Below are positions 39,747 through 50,716 of a stretch of DNA of 64,000 nucleotides, piece by piece. Both the position numbers and the translations under genes were made by a program. The notes under the pieces were generated by a model. It ran no database searches and was not told the DNA's origin. It was given only the letters and a program-made list of their open reading frames with translations. Position 1 is the stretch's first letter; each line of letters opens with the position of its first letter. The stretch is from an uncultured delta proteobacterium (GTDB lineage: Bacteria > Desulfobacterota > RBG-13-43-22): assembly GCA_963802945.1 (NCBI GenBank), contig CAWDKY010000053.1, positions 32,001 to 96,000 on the forward strand, in the 5' to 3' direction.

Positions 39747-40783
39747 ATTTTGAATTAAGAAGGGATCGGATCCTGGCCCGTTGGGGAGATCAAAAATATG
39801 AGTGGGTCATTGAACCCCGATATTGGCGGAATCCGGCTATTGGGGTGGCTATGCTGGTGATTCTTCCTCTGTTCACCTACTCCTACCCGAACATCTTGAC
39901 CATGATTACCACCGCCAATCTCTATGCTGCTATAGCCATCCCGCTGGGCTTGCAAATGTTGGGAACGGCCCGGGTCAATTTCGGCCCACAGCTTTTTCTG
40001 GGGATCGGCGGATATACTGCGGCCCTGCTAAATCTGCATTGGGGCTTGAGTCCGGCCTTTACCCTGCTGGCTACTATCCTGATCTGCACAGCCATCGCCC
40101 TTCTGCTCAGTCCGACGACCTGGATCGCCAGGGGGTTATACTTTTCACTCATCACCATGATCCTACCCCTGGCCTTTCTGGATGTCACCTTTATCTGGGG
40201 GGATCTTTTCCGCGGAGAAGTGGGATTGACGGGCATGAGTCCTTTAGTGAGCCTTGGGAAGGTCAAATTGAATTACCTGGCCTATTTTTATCTTTCTCTT
40301 TTTCTGATGCTCAGCTACCTTTTTATTTCCGATAAGATTGCTCGCTCCCGATTCGGTGTCAACTTGGCCGCCATCAACGAGAATGAAGATGTGGCTCGAA
40401 TGATGGGGGTGAATGTGGACCGCTATAAAATCTTTTATTATGTCTTCCCTTCCGTCCTGACCGGCATCGTCGGTTGGTTCATCGTCCACACCTTCCGCAC
40501 CTTTGCCGGGGTAACTTACCTGCCCCTTGATTTTATGATCAAAATTTTAATTATCACCATCATCGGGGGACGGGCCTTTGTGTACGGGGCCGTTCCCGGG
40601 GCCTATCTGATTTCCATCGTGGAAGATTCCTTGCGTAGTCTGGGTCCGATCAATTATGTCCTGTTCCCCCTGGTGCTGATCATCGCCATTATTATTCTTC
40701 CTCGGGGTGAAGGACTCTGGGGACTTTATCACAAACACCATCACCGGGATTATTTTCCTACCCTCCATGTCAGGAGAGATTAA
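39740..40783 (+). CDS. ABC permease, LivM-like
   Basis: GIGGYTAA, GLYFSLIT, AINENE..A..MGVN. Confidence 0.88.
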   Translation: MVDFELRRDRILARWGDQKYEWVIEPRYWRNPAIGVAMLVILPLFTYSYPNILTMITTANLYAAIAIPLGLQMLGTARVNFGPQLFLGIGGYTAALLNLHWGLSPAFTLLATILICTAIALLLSPTTWIARGLYFSLITMILPLAFLDVTFIWGDLFRGEVGLTGMSPLVSLGKVKLNYLAYFYLSLFLMLSYLFISDKIARSRFGVNLAAINENEDVARMMGVNVDRYKIFYYVFPSVLTGIVGWFIVHTFRTFAGVTYLPLDFMIKILIITIIGGRAFVYGAVPGAYLISIVEDSLRSLGPINYVLFPLVLIIAIIILPRGEGLWGLYHKHHHRDYFPTLHVRRD

Positions 40784-40785
40784 AG

Positions 40786-41523
40786 GTGCTTGAGATCACA
40801 AACGTCACTAAGACCTTTGGGGGTCTTTCGGCCGTAGACGAGGTCAGCTTTAATGTCAACGAAGGGGAAGTGGTAGGGCTGATTGGGCCGAACGGGGCCG
40901 GGAAAACTACCCTGCTGAACCTCATCTGCGGTATTTACAAACCAGATTCCGGATTGATTCGTTTTAATGGTACGGATATTACCGGCCATTCCCCCCATAG
41001 GGTCTGCAGACTGGGTATTTCTCGGACCTACCAGATTCCCCAGCCCTTTGAAGCCATGACGGCCTTGGCTGGGGTTCTGGTAAGCGTCTTGAACGGGAAA
41101 AGACGTCCAAACATGAGTCTCTCCGATGCCGCCCTGGAGGCCTCCTATTATCTGGAATTCGTTGGGTTGTTCTCCAAGAGGGATACCCTGGCCCGTGACT
41201 TGAACCTCTACGAACTGCGCATGCTTGAATTAGCCAGGGCCCTGGCCACCACTCCGAAACTTTTGCTTTTAGATGAAGCCATGGCCGGGTTAAACCCGAC
41301 CGAGGCCTTCCGGGCTCTGGAGATGATCTGGAATGCCCAGGAACAGTTCGCTATCACAATTCTTTGGATCGAGCATGTCATGAAAATCATCATGAGCGCG
41401 GCTAAACGGATTGTGGTCCTCCAGTACGGCAAAAAGATCGCTGAAGGTTCTCCTCAGGAGATCTCCAGTGATCCCAAAATCATCGAGGCTTATCTGGGAG
41501 TACGGCATGCTCAAAATAAGTAA
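40786..41523 (+). CDS. ABC ATPase, LivG-like
   Basis: GPNGAGKT, LLDEAMAGL, IEHVM. Confidence 0.92.
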   Translation: MLEITNVTKTFGGLSAVDEVSFNVNEGEVVGLIGPNGAGKTTLLNLICGIYKPDSGLIRFNGTDITGHSPHRVCRLGISRTYQIPQPFEAMTALAGVLVSVLNGKRRPNMSLSDAALEASYYLEFVGLFSKRDTLARDLNLYELRMLELARALATTPKLLLLDEAMAGLNPTEAFRALEMIWNAQEQFAITILWIEHVMKIIMSAAKRIVVLQYGKKIAEGSPQEISSDPKIIEAYLGVRHAQNK

Positions 41524-42211
41524 TTTAAACGCCTCCTATGGGGTGATTCCTATTCTCCATAACGTGGAAATGGAAGTTCGGGAAGGTGAGATTGTTGCTT
41601 TATTGGGCGGAAACGGGGCAGGAAAAACCACCTTGCTCAATACCATCTCCGGGGTTATAAGAAGCCGATCCGGAAGGATAACCTTCCTGGGCACCGACAT
41701 CCAAAACCGGCCTTCTGATAAAATTGTCCAATTGGGGATTACTCAGATACCTGAAGGGAGAAAAATTTTTACTTACCTGACCGTCAAAGAAAATCTTCTC
41801 ATGGGGGCTTGTACGCCTACGGCCTGGCGAAAACGACTGAACATGTTGGAGCGAGTCTGCACCCTCTTTCCCATTCTGAAAGAAAGGGCCAACCAACGGG
41901 CCAGCCTGATGAGCGGGGGAGAACAGCAGATGCTGGTCATCGCCCGGGGATTGATGGCCCATCCTAAACTGCTGATGATTGATGAGCCTTCTCTGGGTCT
42001 CAGCCCCCTGATCATGTCTCAGATCTTTGAGGTCATCAAAACCTTCCCGGCCGATGGAATCACCGTGTTGCTGTCGGAACAAAATGCCTTATACGCCCTG
42101 GAAATTGCCGACAGGGGTTATGTCCTGCAGGACGGCCAGGTCGTCTTGGAAGGAGCAGGCGATTTTCTTTTGAACAGTGAACTGGTTAAAAAGGCCTATA
42201 TCGGGATGTAG
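41507..42211 (+). CDS. ABC ATPase, LivF-like
   Basis: Likely start MLKISN at 41507; GGNGAGKT, MSGGEQQM, DEPSLGL. Confidence 0.92.
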   Translation: MLKISNLNASYGVIPILHNVEMEVREGEIVALLGGNGAGKTTLLNTISGVIRSRSGRITFLGTDIQNRPSDKIVQLGITQIPEGRKIFTYLTVKENLLMGACTPTAWRKRLNMLERVCTLFPILKERANQRASLMSGGEQQMLVIARGLMAHPKLLMIDEPSLGLSPLIMSQIFEVIKTFPADGITVLLSEQNALYALEIADRGYVLQDGQVVLEGAGDFLLNSELVKKAYIGM

Positions 42212-42286
42212 ATAAATCGAAGCTGAAAGAGAAAGGGAAAGAATGAATCCAATCAGCTTGTGTATTGTAAAGGAGAGAATGGGGTG

Positions 42287-43645
42287 ATGTCTGAAGAGTA
42301 TTTTAATTTCTCCAAAAAATTATTTGACCCCAAAGAGATCTCCGGGAAACCGGAAGCCCTAAAGGGAATCCGAGTGCTGGATTTGTCTCACATGATCTTC
42401 GGTCCCACGGCCGCCAAGTTTCTGGGGCAGTACGGTGCTGAAGTGATCAAGGTGGAAGTTCCCTATCTGGGGGATTACTGGCGCGGAGGCACTTACTGGG
42501 GAAAATACTGGAAACATTCCAATCCGCTCTGGCATTACTTCAACCAGAATAAATACTTTGTGGCCATCGATGTCAAAAAATCCAAAGGAAAAGAACTGAT
42601 CCTGAAACTGGCCGAGAGCGCCGACGTGGTGATTGAAAATTTTACCTCCGGCACGGTCGAGGCCTGGGGAATCGGCTATTCTCAGGTGAGTAAGCTCAAT
42701 CCGAAAGTCATCTATGCCTCTTTAAGCACCTACGGACAATACGGCCCCTTCCGATATTTTCCGGGCTGGGATTTGCTGGCCCAGGGGGCCAGCGGTATTC
42801 TGTCTATAACCGGTTATCCGGATACGGAAAAATATTTCAAAATCCCTGATTTTTTCGGAGATTTCTTCCCCGGCTTTTATGCAGCCATGCTGATTCTGAT
42901 GGCCCTTAATTTTCGGGAGAGGACCGGAGAAGGCCAGTATATCGACGGCTGTCAGGCAGAAATTCTAATGAGATCCTTGTTTCATTTCACTCATTATGGG
43001 GCCACCGGGGAAGAACTGGGGCGCACCGGCAACATGGACCCGACTATGGCCCCATCCGGGATCTTTAAAACCCAGGATGGTAAATTCGTCGCTCTGGCTG
43101 TGGCCACGGACAAACAATTTCAGGCCCTCTGCCGTGTACTTGGCCGGGAAGATTTAGCCAAAGACAAAAGATTCAAAAAGGCCTTTGACCGGCTCCAACC
43201 TGAAAATGCCCGGGAAATAGACCAGGTAGTTGAAGGATGGGTCCGTTCACAAGAGGCTTCGACCTTGATCGCCCTGGCCGGAAAACACCGCCTGGCTATA
43301 GTTGAAGTGATGGATGATGTGCAGATTGCCAATGATCCCTGGCGCCGCGAACGAGGAAGCGTTTTTCCGTTCCATGATGAAATGTATAAAGAACTGGTAC
43401 TGGAAGGGCCCATTGCCATGCTCAGTAAAACCCCGGGCAGGACGAAATGGCTCACCCGGCCGTTGGGTTATCATAATCGCTATGTCCTAAAGAAATTTCT
43501 GGGCCTGACCGAAGCCCGAATCAAGGAATTGGAAAAAGAAAGGGTCGTGGGCTACTGGGATTTCCGGGTCGGCCAGAGACCTCCTATTTACCATAAGTTG
43601 GATAAGGATCCCATATTTAATTACCAAGGGGGTGAGGACCATTAA
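42287..43645 (+). CDS. Family III CoA-transferase (CaiB/BaiF)
   Basis: L.GIRVLDLS, GAEVIKVE, ADVVIENF, YGQYGP, GWDLLAQ, RTGEGQ.ID. Confidence 0.93.
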   Translation: MSEEYFNFSKKLFDPKEISGKPEALKGIRVLDLSHMIFGPTAAKFLGQYGAEVIKVEVPYLGDYWRGGTYWGKYWKHSNPLWHYFNQNKYFVAIDVKKSKGKELILKLAESADVVIENFTSGTVEAWGIGYSQVSKLNPKVIYASLSTYGQYGPFRYFPGWDLLAQGASGILSITGYPDTEKYFKIPDFFGDFFPGFYAAMLILMALNFRERTGEGQYIDGCQAEILMRSLFHFTHYGATGEELGRTGNMDPTMAPSGIFKTQDGKFVALAVATDKQFQALCRVLGREDLAKDKRFKKAFDRLQPENAREIDQVVEGWVRSQEASTLIALAGKHRLAIVEVMDDVQIANDPWRRERGSVFPFHDEMYKELVLEGPIAMLSKTPGRTKWLTRPLGYHNRYVLKKFLGLTEARIKELEKERVVGYWDFRVGQRPPIYHKLDKDPIFNYQGGEDH

Positions 43646-44995
43646 AGAGCGGGTTTATTCAAGATATTTACAGAAAAAGGGGGCTTCCCAGAAGTTGTCT
43701 GAATGGAGCGGGATTTCTTTCCAAGATAATGACCACGGAAGGAAAGGCCGAAGCCCTGGATGATATGATGGTCCTGGATCTGAGCTATGCCAACTTCTCC
43801 GGGAATATCACCTCCAGCTTTTTTGCCGAGGCCGGAGCCGAGGTTATTAAGGTGGAACCCCCGGAAGGTGATCCGTCCAGGGTCATGAGTCCTTTCGGGA
43901 CCAACATAAAAGGAGTGGGGATTCCTTTTTTGATGGAAAGCAGGAACAAACGACTCATCACCCTGGATATCGGCGATCTAGGAGACCTTGAAAACCTGAA
44001 GACGTTTGGCATCTCAGGCCCATGTGCTGATTGAAACCTTTGCCCCCGGTGAAATGGATGCCTGGGGAATCGGTTACCGCCAGTTAAGGGAGTTGAATCC
44101 CGGCTTGATCTATATCTCCATTACGCCTTATGGGCATTATTCGTCCAAGGCCGAAGCCTTTTCCGGCCAGCCCTGGACCGACTTGACCAGCCAGGCCGAA
44201 TCAGGACTTACCGCCCTGATCGGCGATCTTCCGGATACCCCGGAGCCTTATAACTGGCCGACCAGGGCCGGATTTTATGCTGCCGGGTATACCACGGCCG
44301 TGGCCGCGGCCTGTGGAGGCTTGACGGCTGCCTTTTTCAGACGCCGCACCGGAGAAGGCCAAATGGTCGATATCGCCTCGGCCGACGCCTATACCTCCTG
44401 TGTTGGCTTTCCTCCCACCATCGGTTATGTCTGGAAGAAACCCCGTCTCCGTTATGGAACCCTCGATTACGGTCTGTGCCCTTATGGCTTTTTCAAGTGC
44501 AAAGACGGTTACGTGGCTATCGCCTGTTTCCGGGATCAGGACTTCCGGGCGGCTATGAAAATCCTAGGTACCTGGAAATTGGAAGAGGACTGGAAATCCC
44601 TCCTGGACCGCATCACCGACGATATTGACAAGGTGAAAGAATTAAATGAGGCAGTGGAAAAGGCCGTAGCCAGATATTCCTATAAAGAGATTTCCGAAAA
44701 ATTTTCCAAATACAGCGTCAAGTCCGCCCGCTCCAAATGGAGAGGAGGTGGTCTCCCGGTGACGACCAAGATGCTGACCCCCAAAGAAGTTATGGAACAG
44801 GAACATTGGCAGATCCGCGGCTCTTTTTCCAAATGGAATCATCCTGATTTTGGAATCGTTACCTTGCCCATCACCGGAAAGATGTCCAAAACGCCTTTAA
44901 GGGTGAAATGGATCTCAGCCAACCTCGGAGAGGATAATGATTTTATTTTTAAAAAATACGGATTGAACCCCAGAGAGACAAAAGAAGAAATTTAA
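43632..44995 (+). CDS. Second family III CoA-transferase, frameshifted in this sequence
   Basis: VLDLS/GAEVIKVEPP in 43729-44034 continues into LIETF/TDLTSQA/RTGEGQMVD in 44006-44995; 5' start uncertain. Confidence 0.8.
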
Positions 44996-45284
44996 CCTTC
45001 TATCGTTAAAGCCAAAAATATATGTGCACTCGAAGTCAAATTTATTTTTTTGCCATTTGCTGCTTGAATTTTTTATCAATCAGATTCCCTATCATAACTT
45101 TCATTCATCTTGTATGAATCACAAAAAGTGTTTCATAAAGTCAGGGCAATTGAAGCCATTTATGGCCTATATTTATATTGACATTGGAGTTTCTTAATTA
45201 TAAAAATTAGCCTCAGATTATTATGGCGGGACTCAAAAATTATTTAGCAAAAATGTTTTAACCCTTTAAAAGAAGAAAGAAATT

Positions 45285-46964
45285 ATGAATTCAGTCATTG
45301 TCCTTGTTTTGGGTTTTATCGTTGCCTTTATCGGTTATCGCTTTTATGCACGGTATATAGATACCAAGGTCATTAAATCCGACCCCAAAAGAGCAACCCC
45401 GGCCAAGATGTACATGGACGGGGTTGAATTCATGCCCACCAGTAAAAACATCCTCTTCGGCTATCAGTTCAAATCCATCGCCGGTGCGGCCCCCATTATC
45501 GGACCGATCATCGCCATCCAGTGGGGCTGGCTTCCGGCCTTGATCTGGATCCTGGGCGGGGCCTTGTTCATCGGCTGGGTTCAGGACTACTCCAGCTCGG
45601 TGATGGCCATGAGAAATGAAGGGGCTTCTTTCGGGGGTTTAAGCCATAAGCTGATTTCACCGCGGGCCCGGATTATTCTTCTCTCGTTTATCTATTTTTA
45701 TCTTCTCCTTATTGCCGGGGCTTTCGGAAGCACTGTGGTGAGCACTGCGATCGGCTTGAAAGCAGCCCCAATGGCCTGGCTATTTTTAACCATCAGCGGG
45801 ATATTGGCCGGCCAGATGATCTACCGCTGGAAAAAAGACATTATCCTGACCACGGTAGTCACGGTAGTTATTGCCCTGATCGGTATTTGGGTCGGAACAC
45901 AGGCCCCTTCCGACAAGATACTGGGTGTTGACCTTTCCAACAGCAGGGTCTTATGGGCCATTGCCGCCTTCGTCTTTTGTTATTTCGCGGCGGTACTGCC
46001 TATCTGGCGGTTTGCCCTTCCCATCAATTATGTGGCCTCTTATATCGTATTCCTTGGACTCTTTTTAGGCATTATCGGTATTTTTATCGTTCATCCCAAT
46101 TTTACCCTTCCGGCCTATACCGGTTTTTTCATCAAGATTGGCCCGTTGTGGCCCATCATGTTTGTCACCATTGCCTGCGGCGCTATCTCCGGCTGGCATA
46201 GCATTGTATCGAGTTCCGGTACAGCCAGGCAATTGGAAAGTGAGATGGATGCCCGACCTGTCGGTGCCGGAGTTATGTTTGTTGAAATGATGCTGGCCTT
46301 ATTCGCCTTGATTATCGCCGGAACTATTTATGCCTCGGCCGGTGAATATGGGGCCGCTATCGTCAAGGGGCCGGGGCCATTTTTGCCGGGGGGGTGGCTA
46401 AGTTCCTCGGTGCCCTTGGACTTCCTGAAGGTTTAGGTAAATCCTACGGCAGCGTTATGATGATCTTTTTGGCCATCACCATTATGCAATTGGTCATCCG
46501 CTTCATGAGGGTCGCTACTTCGGAATTGCTAAGAGATATCAGCCCGGTATTTAGAAATGCCCATGTGGGTACTTTTATAGCCAGCCTCCTCGGCATAGTC
46601 ATCGTGTTGACCGGGTGGTGGCAGTATCTCTGGGTTCTTTTTGGAGGGGCTAATCAGCTCATGGCCTCGTTGGCCCTGTTGTTGATAACGGCCTGGCTCA
46701 TGTCCGAAGGCAAACCGGCCAAGTGGACCTTCTACCCGATGATCTTTATGTTTATAACCACCATTGCCGCTCTGCTCTATACCTCTTATGACCTGCTGTA
46801 CAAAGTTTTTTCAGGTGCGGTCAAAGGAGGGGACCTGATAGGAAACACCCTAATGGGACTGGTCGGGATTATTCCTGGTCATTGCCGCCATTCTCTTGGC
46901 TGTGGATGGTGTCAAGGCCCTTAATCGATACCGGTCGTTGAAGGCTCAGCCGGCACAGGCATAA
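45285..46964 (+). CDS. cstA: CstA-family transporter, two frameshifts in this sequence
   Basis: TPA..MDG..F.PT, SIAGAAPIIGP, IACGAISGWH, W.LFGGANQL; last segment ends at TAA 46964. Confidence 0.85.
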
Positions 46965-47137
46965 AATTTTTAGTACCCGAAAAGGGGTCGAGGATTCCAG
47001 GGTTTTAACTTCCAAGCCTTTCACTCCGCCCTGCGGTCTTCGACCCCTTGAAGCCTTGAACCCTTACATTTTTAGGTCTTAGAGTGTCTTATCAAGTCAT
47101 AAGGATTTAATTTGAAAAGAAGGAAGGTATAAGTATC

Positions 47138-47407
47138 ATGGGAGACGACGAAAAAAAAAGCGGTTTTTTCCAGGCCATTAAAGAATTTGTCTATGGAGTG
47201 GCGGCCCACGACTCGGCCCGGTTTGCTCTTAAGTCACGGGCCAGCATGGAACACCTCTTTATCCTCATTACCATGGGTGATATGCTGGGTGTTCCCATTC
47301 TGCCACCCTACTACTCTTTAAGGCTGCTGCCTTATGTGGTTCCTCAGATCTCCACCTGGAAACGGAGAATGTTGAGGGAAAAGGATTTGACCGACGCTTT
47401 GGCTTAA
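47138..47407 (+). CDS. Small CstA/ArsA-associated protein
   Basis: 89 aa; LF.LI..GD.LG.P..P.YY.L.LLPY..W.RR resembles the small protein of cstA-arsA operons (cory-CC-star-like, from memory). Confidence 0.65.
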   Translation: MGDDEKKSGFFQAIKEFVYGVAAHDSARFALKSRASMEHLFILITMGDMLGVPILPPYYSLRLLPYVVPQISTWKRRMLREKDLTDALA

Positions 47408-47455
47408 TTCAAGTTCGGAGTGGGGAGTTCGGAGTATAGAGTAAAAAAACGATGA

Positions 47456-48494
47456 TTGGTATTCCGGACTGACCACTCTGAACCCCAAACTAATTACTCT
47501 AAACTAAAAAGGGGGGTGGGTCCCATTTCGTTAGCTAAGATATTTGAACAATATCCGGACAGACGGTATATCATGTTCGGTGGGAAAGGCGGCCTCGGTA
47601 AAACCACCTTTTCTGCGGCCACCGCTTATTATTTGGCCAAGCAAGGCAAACGCGTCCTGGTTTTTTCCGTAGACCCGCAGGCTTCCTTAAGCGATATCTT
47701 CAAAAAAGATATTTTTGGAAAGGGTCCTACGGAGATCATGCCCAATCTTTACGCCCAGGAGATCGATGCCGACCGCCGGGTAAAGGAGTATCAACAGGAA
47801 ATCAGGCAAAAGATACTCGACCGCTACGGAATGGACAAGATCCCGGAAGAGATCGAAAGTTACATCCAGGCCGCCGCAGCGGAACCGGCTATGGAAGAAA
47901 GCGCCATCTTCGATGAGGTTGTGGATATCGTGGTCAAAGGAGGCTTACGACTATTACATCTATGACCTGGTGCCCTTGGGGCATGCCCTGTACTATCTGA
48001 GCATGGCTTCCGTTTATGATGAATGGATAGACAAGATTACCAATCTCCGACAACAGATGCGGGAATATGACCAGGTGGCTGCCGTCATGCGTCGTGATAA
48101 AGAGCTCGACGAAGACGCTATTCTAAATGAGCTGCTGTATATCAAAGACCGGATCAACAAATCTTCGGCCATACTGACCGACAAAGAAAAGACGGCCTTC
48201 TTTTTCGTGGTCACGGCCGAGGAGATGGTGATTGACGACACCCTTAAGGCGGCCGGCCTTTTTGCCAAGTTCGATGTCCCCTTAAGCGGTTATATCGTCA
48301 ACCGCGTTTTACCGGAAGATTTGAAACATCAGCAGATCCCCGAGTACCTTAAAAATCGTCTGGTCATGCAGGAACACTATCTAAAGGTCATTGACAACAC
48401 CTTTAAAAATCAAATCCTGGCCTATGTTCCGGAAATGGAACGGGATGTGACCGGCCTGGAGATGATTGAAAAATTGGCCGAACGGATGTTTTAA
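47456..48494 (+). CDS. ArsA/Get3-family ATPase 1, frameshifted near 47940
   Basis: GGKGGLGKTT, SVDPQASL, divergent switch II DLVPLGH; start uncertain. Confidence 0.85.
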
Positions 48495-48542
48495 AAGGCC
48501 CCTCAGCAGAGAATTATCAAGATGCGGAAAAACTCTATTTTT

Positions 48543-48698
48543 ACAGGTTGCTCAAAAAGGTCCAGATACAAGGCGCCCGAAACCGGGACCCGCCCCGAAG
48601 GGGTGGGACTGAGCGTTACCTTTTACGCGAAGAAATTCCGAGGGAAAAAGGGCAATCCCGCCATTGGCGGGATTGATGGGCTTTTTTCAGCAACCTGT
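48543..48698. mobile_element. MITE-like element, copy 2
   Basis: ACAGGTTGCTCAAAAA...TTTTTCAGCAACCTGT. Confidence 0.72.
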
Positions 48699-48711
48699 TA
48701 GGAGCCTCAGT

Positions 48712-49692
48712 ATGGATCGAATAACTCAGAGCATGACTCAATATATGAAAGACCATCCTCAAATGAAGTATATCTTCTTTGGTGGCAAGGGAGGCGTGGG
48801 AAAAACGGTTATGGCCGGGGCCGCTGCCCTCTGGTCAGCCAAGCAGGGGAAAAAGACCTTGCTGACTTCCACCAATCCTGTTCACAGTCTTTCCAATCTC
48901 TTCGAACAGGATGTCTTTGGAAAAGAGGTCAGTGTGTGCGATGAAAAGCTTTGCTATGCCTTTGAAATCGACACACACGATACCATTGAGCGGTCAAAAA
49001 ATGAGATCCGGGAGAAGATCAATTGGTTTTTGAAATTCGCCGACCTTACCACCAAGGCGGATGATTTTGTGGAATCAGCCACCATGAACCCGGCCTTTGA
49101 AGAGTCGGCCATGTTTGAAAACATGACTGACCTGATGTTCAAAGACGAATATGATTTTTATGTTTTCGATACCGCCCCCACGGCCAACGCCAGGCGTCTT
49201 CTCGGTATGTCCAAGGTCTATTCCCTCTGGGTTGAGAAGATGCTGAAAAGCAGGGATGAGGCCAAAACGCTCAGAGAAGCCCTTTCCTTTTCCAAAAAAA
49301 AAGAGCAAGACCCTTTAATGGATTACCTCTTAAAATTTAAAGACCGTATGGCCAAGGCCCAGAGTCTCTTGACCGATAACCGTCTCACGGCCTTCTTTTT
49401 TGCCACCCTGCCCGAGGCCCTTCCCATCGCTGTGATTACCCGGTTCATCAATTGGTTTTATGAGTTCGGCATACCCGTCGGTGGTGTGGTGGTCAACGGT
49501 ATCATCCAGAAGGATCAAGTGGGAAAAGATGCCGCAGAATTCGTCCATAACCGGGTTAAGATGCAGGATGAGCATATGGAAGAAATCTGGAATATCTTCG
49601 GCGACAAGGTCAGGGCCACCATACCCCTCTTTGAGACCGAAGTCAGAGGGACGCCGATGCTCAACCGGATGATCGAACACCTGTTTGTCTAA
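48712..49692 (+). CDS. ArsA/Get3-family ATPase 2
   Basis: GGKGGVGKT, STNPVHSL, FDTAPTA; AGGAG RBS before ATG 48712. Confidence 0.9.
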   Translation: MDRITQSMTQYMKDHPQMKYIFFGGKGGVGKTVMAGAAALWSAKQGKKTLLTSTNPVHSLSNLFEQDVFGKEVSVCDEKLCYAFEIDTHDTIERSKNEIREKINWFLKFADLTTKADDFVESATMNPAFEESAMFENMTDLMFKDEYDFYVFDTAPTANARRLLGMSKVYSLWVEKMLKSRDEAKTLREALSFSKKKEQDPLMDYLLKFKDRMAKAQSLLTDNRLTAFFFATLPEALPIAVITRFINWFYEFGIPVGGVVVNGIIQKDQVGKDAAEFVHNRVKMQDEHMEEIWNIFGDKVRATIPLFETEVRGTPMLNRMIEHLFV

Positions 49693-49767
49693 GGTTATCG
49701 GATAGAAGTGACCTAAGCCAAAGTCAAGGTTAAAGAACTTCCTCCCATTCCTGTTGAACTTTTTTTC

Positions 49768-49817
49768 TTGACAACAAAATTTTAAAAGTTATACTTTTAT
49801 TAAAAAGGATAACTTTT
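49768..49817 (+). promoter_or_regulatory. vapBC promoter and operator
   Basis: TTGACA-N16-TATACT; paired AAAAG-N5-CTTTT palindromes. Confidence 0.6.
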
Positions 49818-50069
49818 ATGTCTTTTGCCCAAATTTCTTCCAAAGGTCAAATTCTGATTCCCAAAAGAATCCGAAAAAAATACGGGGTTAAGCTTGGCGG
49901 AAAGGTCCATATTCTGGAACAAGCCGAAGGGATTCTTATCAAACCGGCTCCCGAGGATCCTCTGGAGGCGGCCTGCGGCTTTCTCAAGGGAGATTTTTCC
50001 CTGACCAGTGATCTGCTGAAAGAGCATTCCAAAGAACAAAGAAATGAAACCGCCCGTCGTTCTCGATAG
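49818..50069 (+). CDS. vapB: AbrB/MazE-type antitoxin (VapB)
   Basis: ISSKGQILIPKRIRKKYG; overlaps the PIN gene. Confidence 0.88.
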   Translation: MSFAQISSKGQILIPKRIRKKYGVKLGGKVHILEQAEGILIKPAPEDPLEAACGFLKGDFSLTSDLLKEHSKEQRNETARRSR

Positions 50070-50460
50070 TTTTGCCCTCATAAGCTTCTTTCATCAAGAG
50101 CCCGGATGGAAAGCGGTCCGTTCCGTCTTTAAGGAGTTGGCCAAGGCAGGTGAAAAGGCCGCTCTTTCCCGGATCAATTGGGGCGAATTCTACTACATCG
50201 TTAAGCGGCGGGTCGGCCGGGAAAAAACCCTGGAGGCCCTGGCCCTCATTGAACAGCTCCCCATAGACATCCTGCCGGTGGACGATCTGCTGATCAGCGA
50301 GGCGGCGGAAATCAAATCCGATTATCCCGTCGCCTATGCCGATGCCTTCTGTGTAGCCACGGCCCAACGGCTGAACGGCCGCATACTCACCAGCGATCCT
50401 GAATTTAAGGCCGTGGAAAAATTGGTTCCCGTTCAGTGGCTGACACCCCGTAAAAGATAA
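50044..50460 (+). CDS. vapC: VapC PIN-domain toxin
   Basis: VLDSFAL, E in INWGE, AYADAF, LTSDPEF. Confidence 0.9.
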   Translation: MKPPVVLDSFALISFFHQEPGWKAVRSVFKELAKAGEKAALSRINWGEFYYIVKRRVGREKTLEALALIEQLPIDILPVDDLLISEAAEIKSDYPVAYADAFCVATAQRLNGRILTSDPEFKAVEKLVPVQWLTPRKR

Positions 50461-50595
50461 TCAAAAACAATTTCAACCCCTCCTCAATTTTACATCTTAA
50501 GGCTTTTCCCCTTTTAAATTGACAGTAACTGCTTGTTATGGTTTATATTATCTATTCTAATTTTAGTTTTCTCAAGGCCGGCAAACATCAACCGT

Positions 50596-50662
50596 AAGGC
50601 TGGTCCATGAAGCAATCCGATAAGACCCCATTTTTTGAAAAAGAAGATGGGGTTTTTGTTTT
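50596..50662 (+). repeat. Defence-island leader repeat, copy 1
   Basis: aaggctggtccatgaagcaatccgataagaccccat...atggggtttttg. Confidence 0.85.
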
Positions 50663-50716
50663 GAGGTGGGTGAAAGATATTATGTCAAAAATTGAGACCT
50701 GATAAGAGGTGCGATA

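Noticed and set aside
47456-49692. Arsenic-resistance operon
   Set aside because: No arsB/acr3, arsC, arsD or arsR, and no recognisable metalloid-binding Cys set; the context is cstA.
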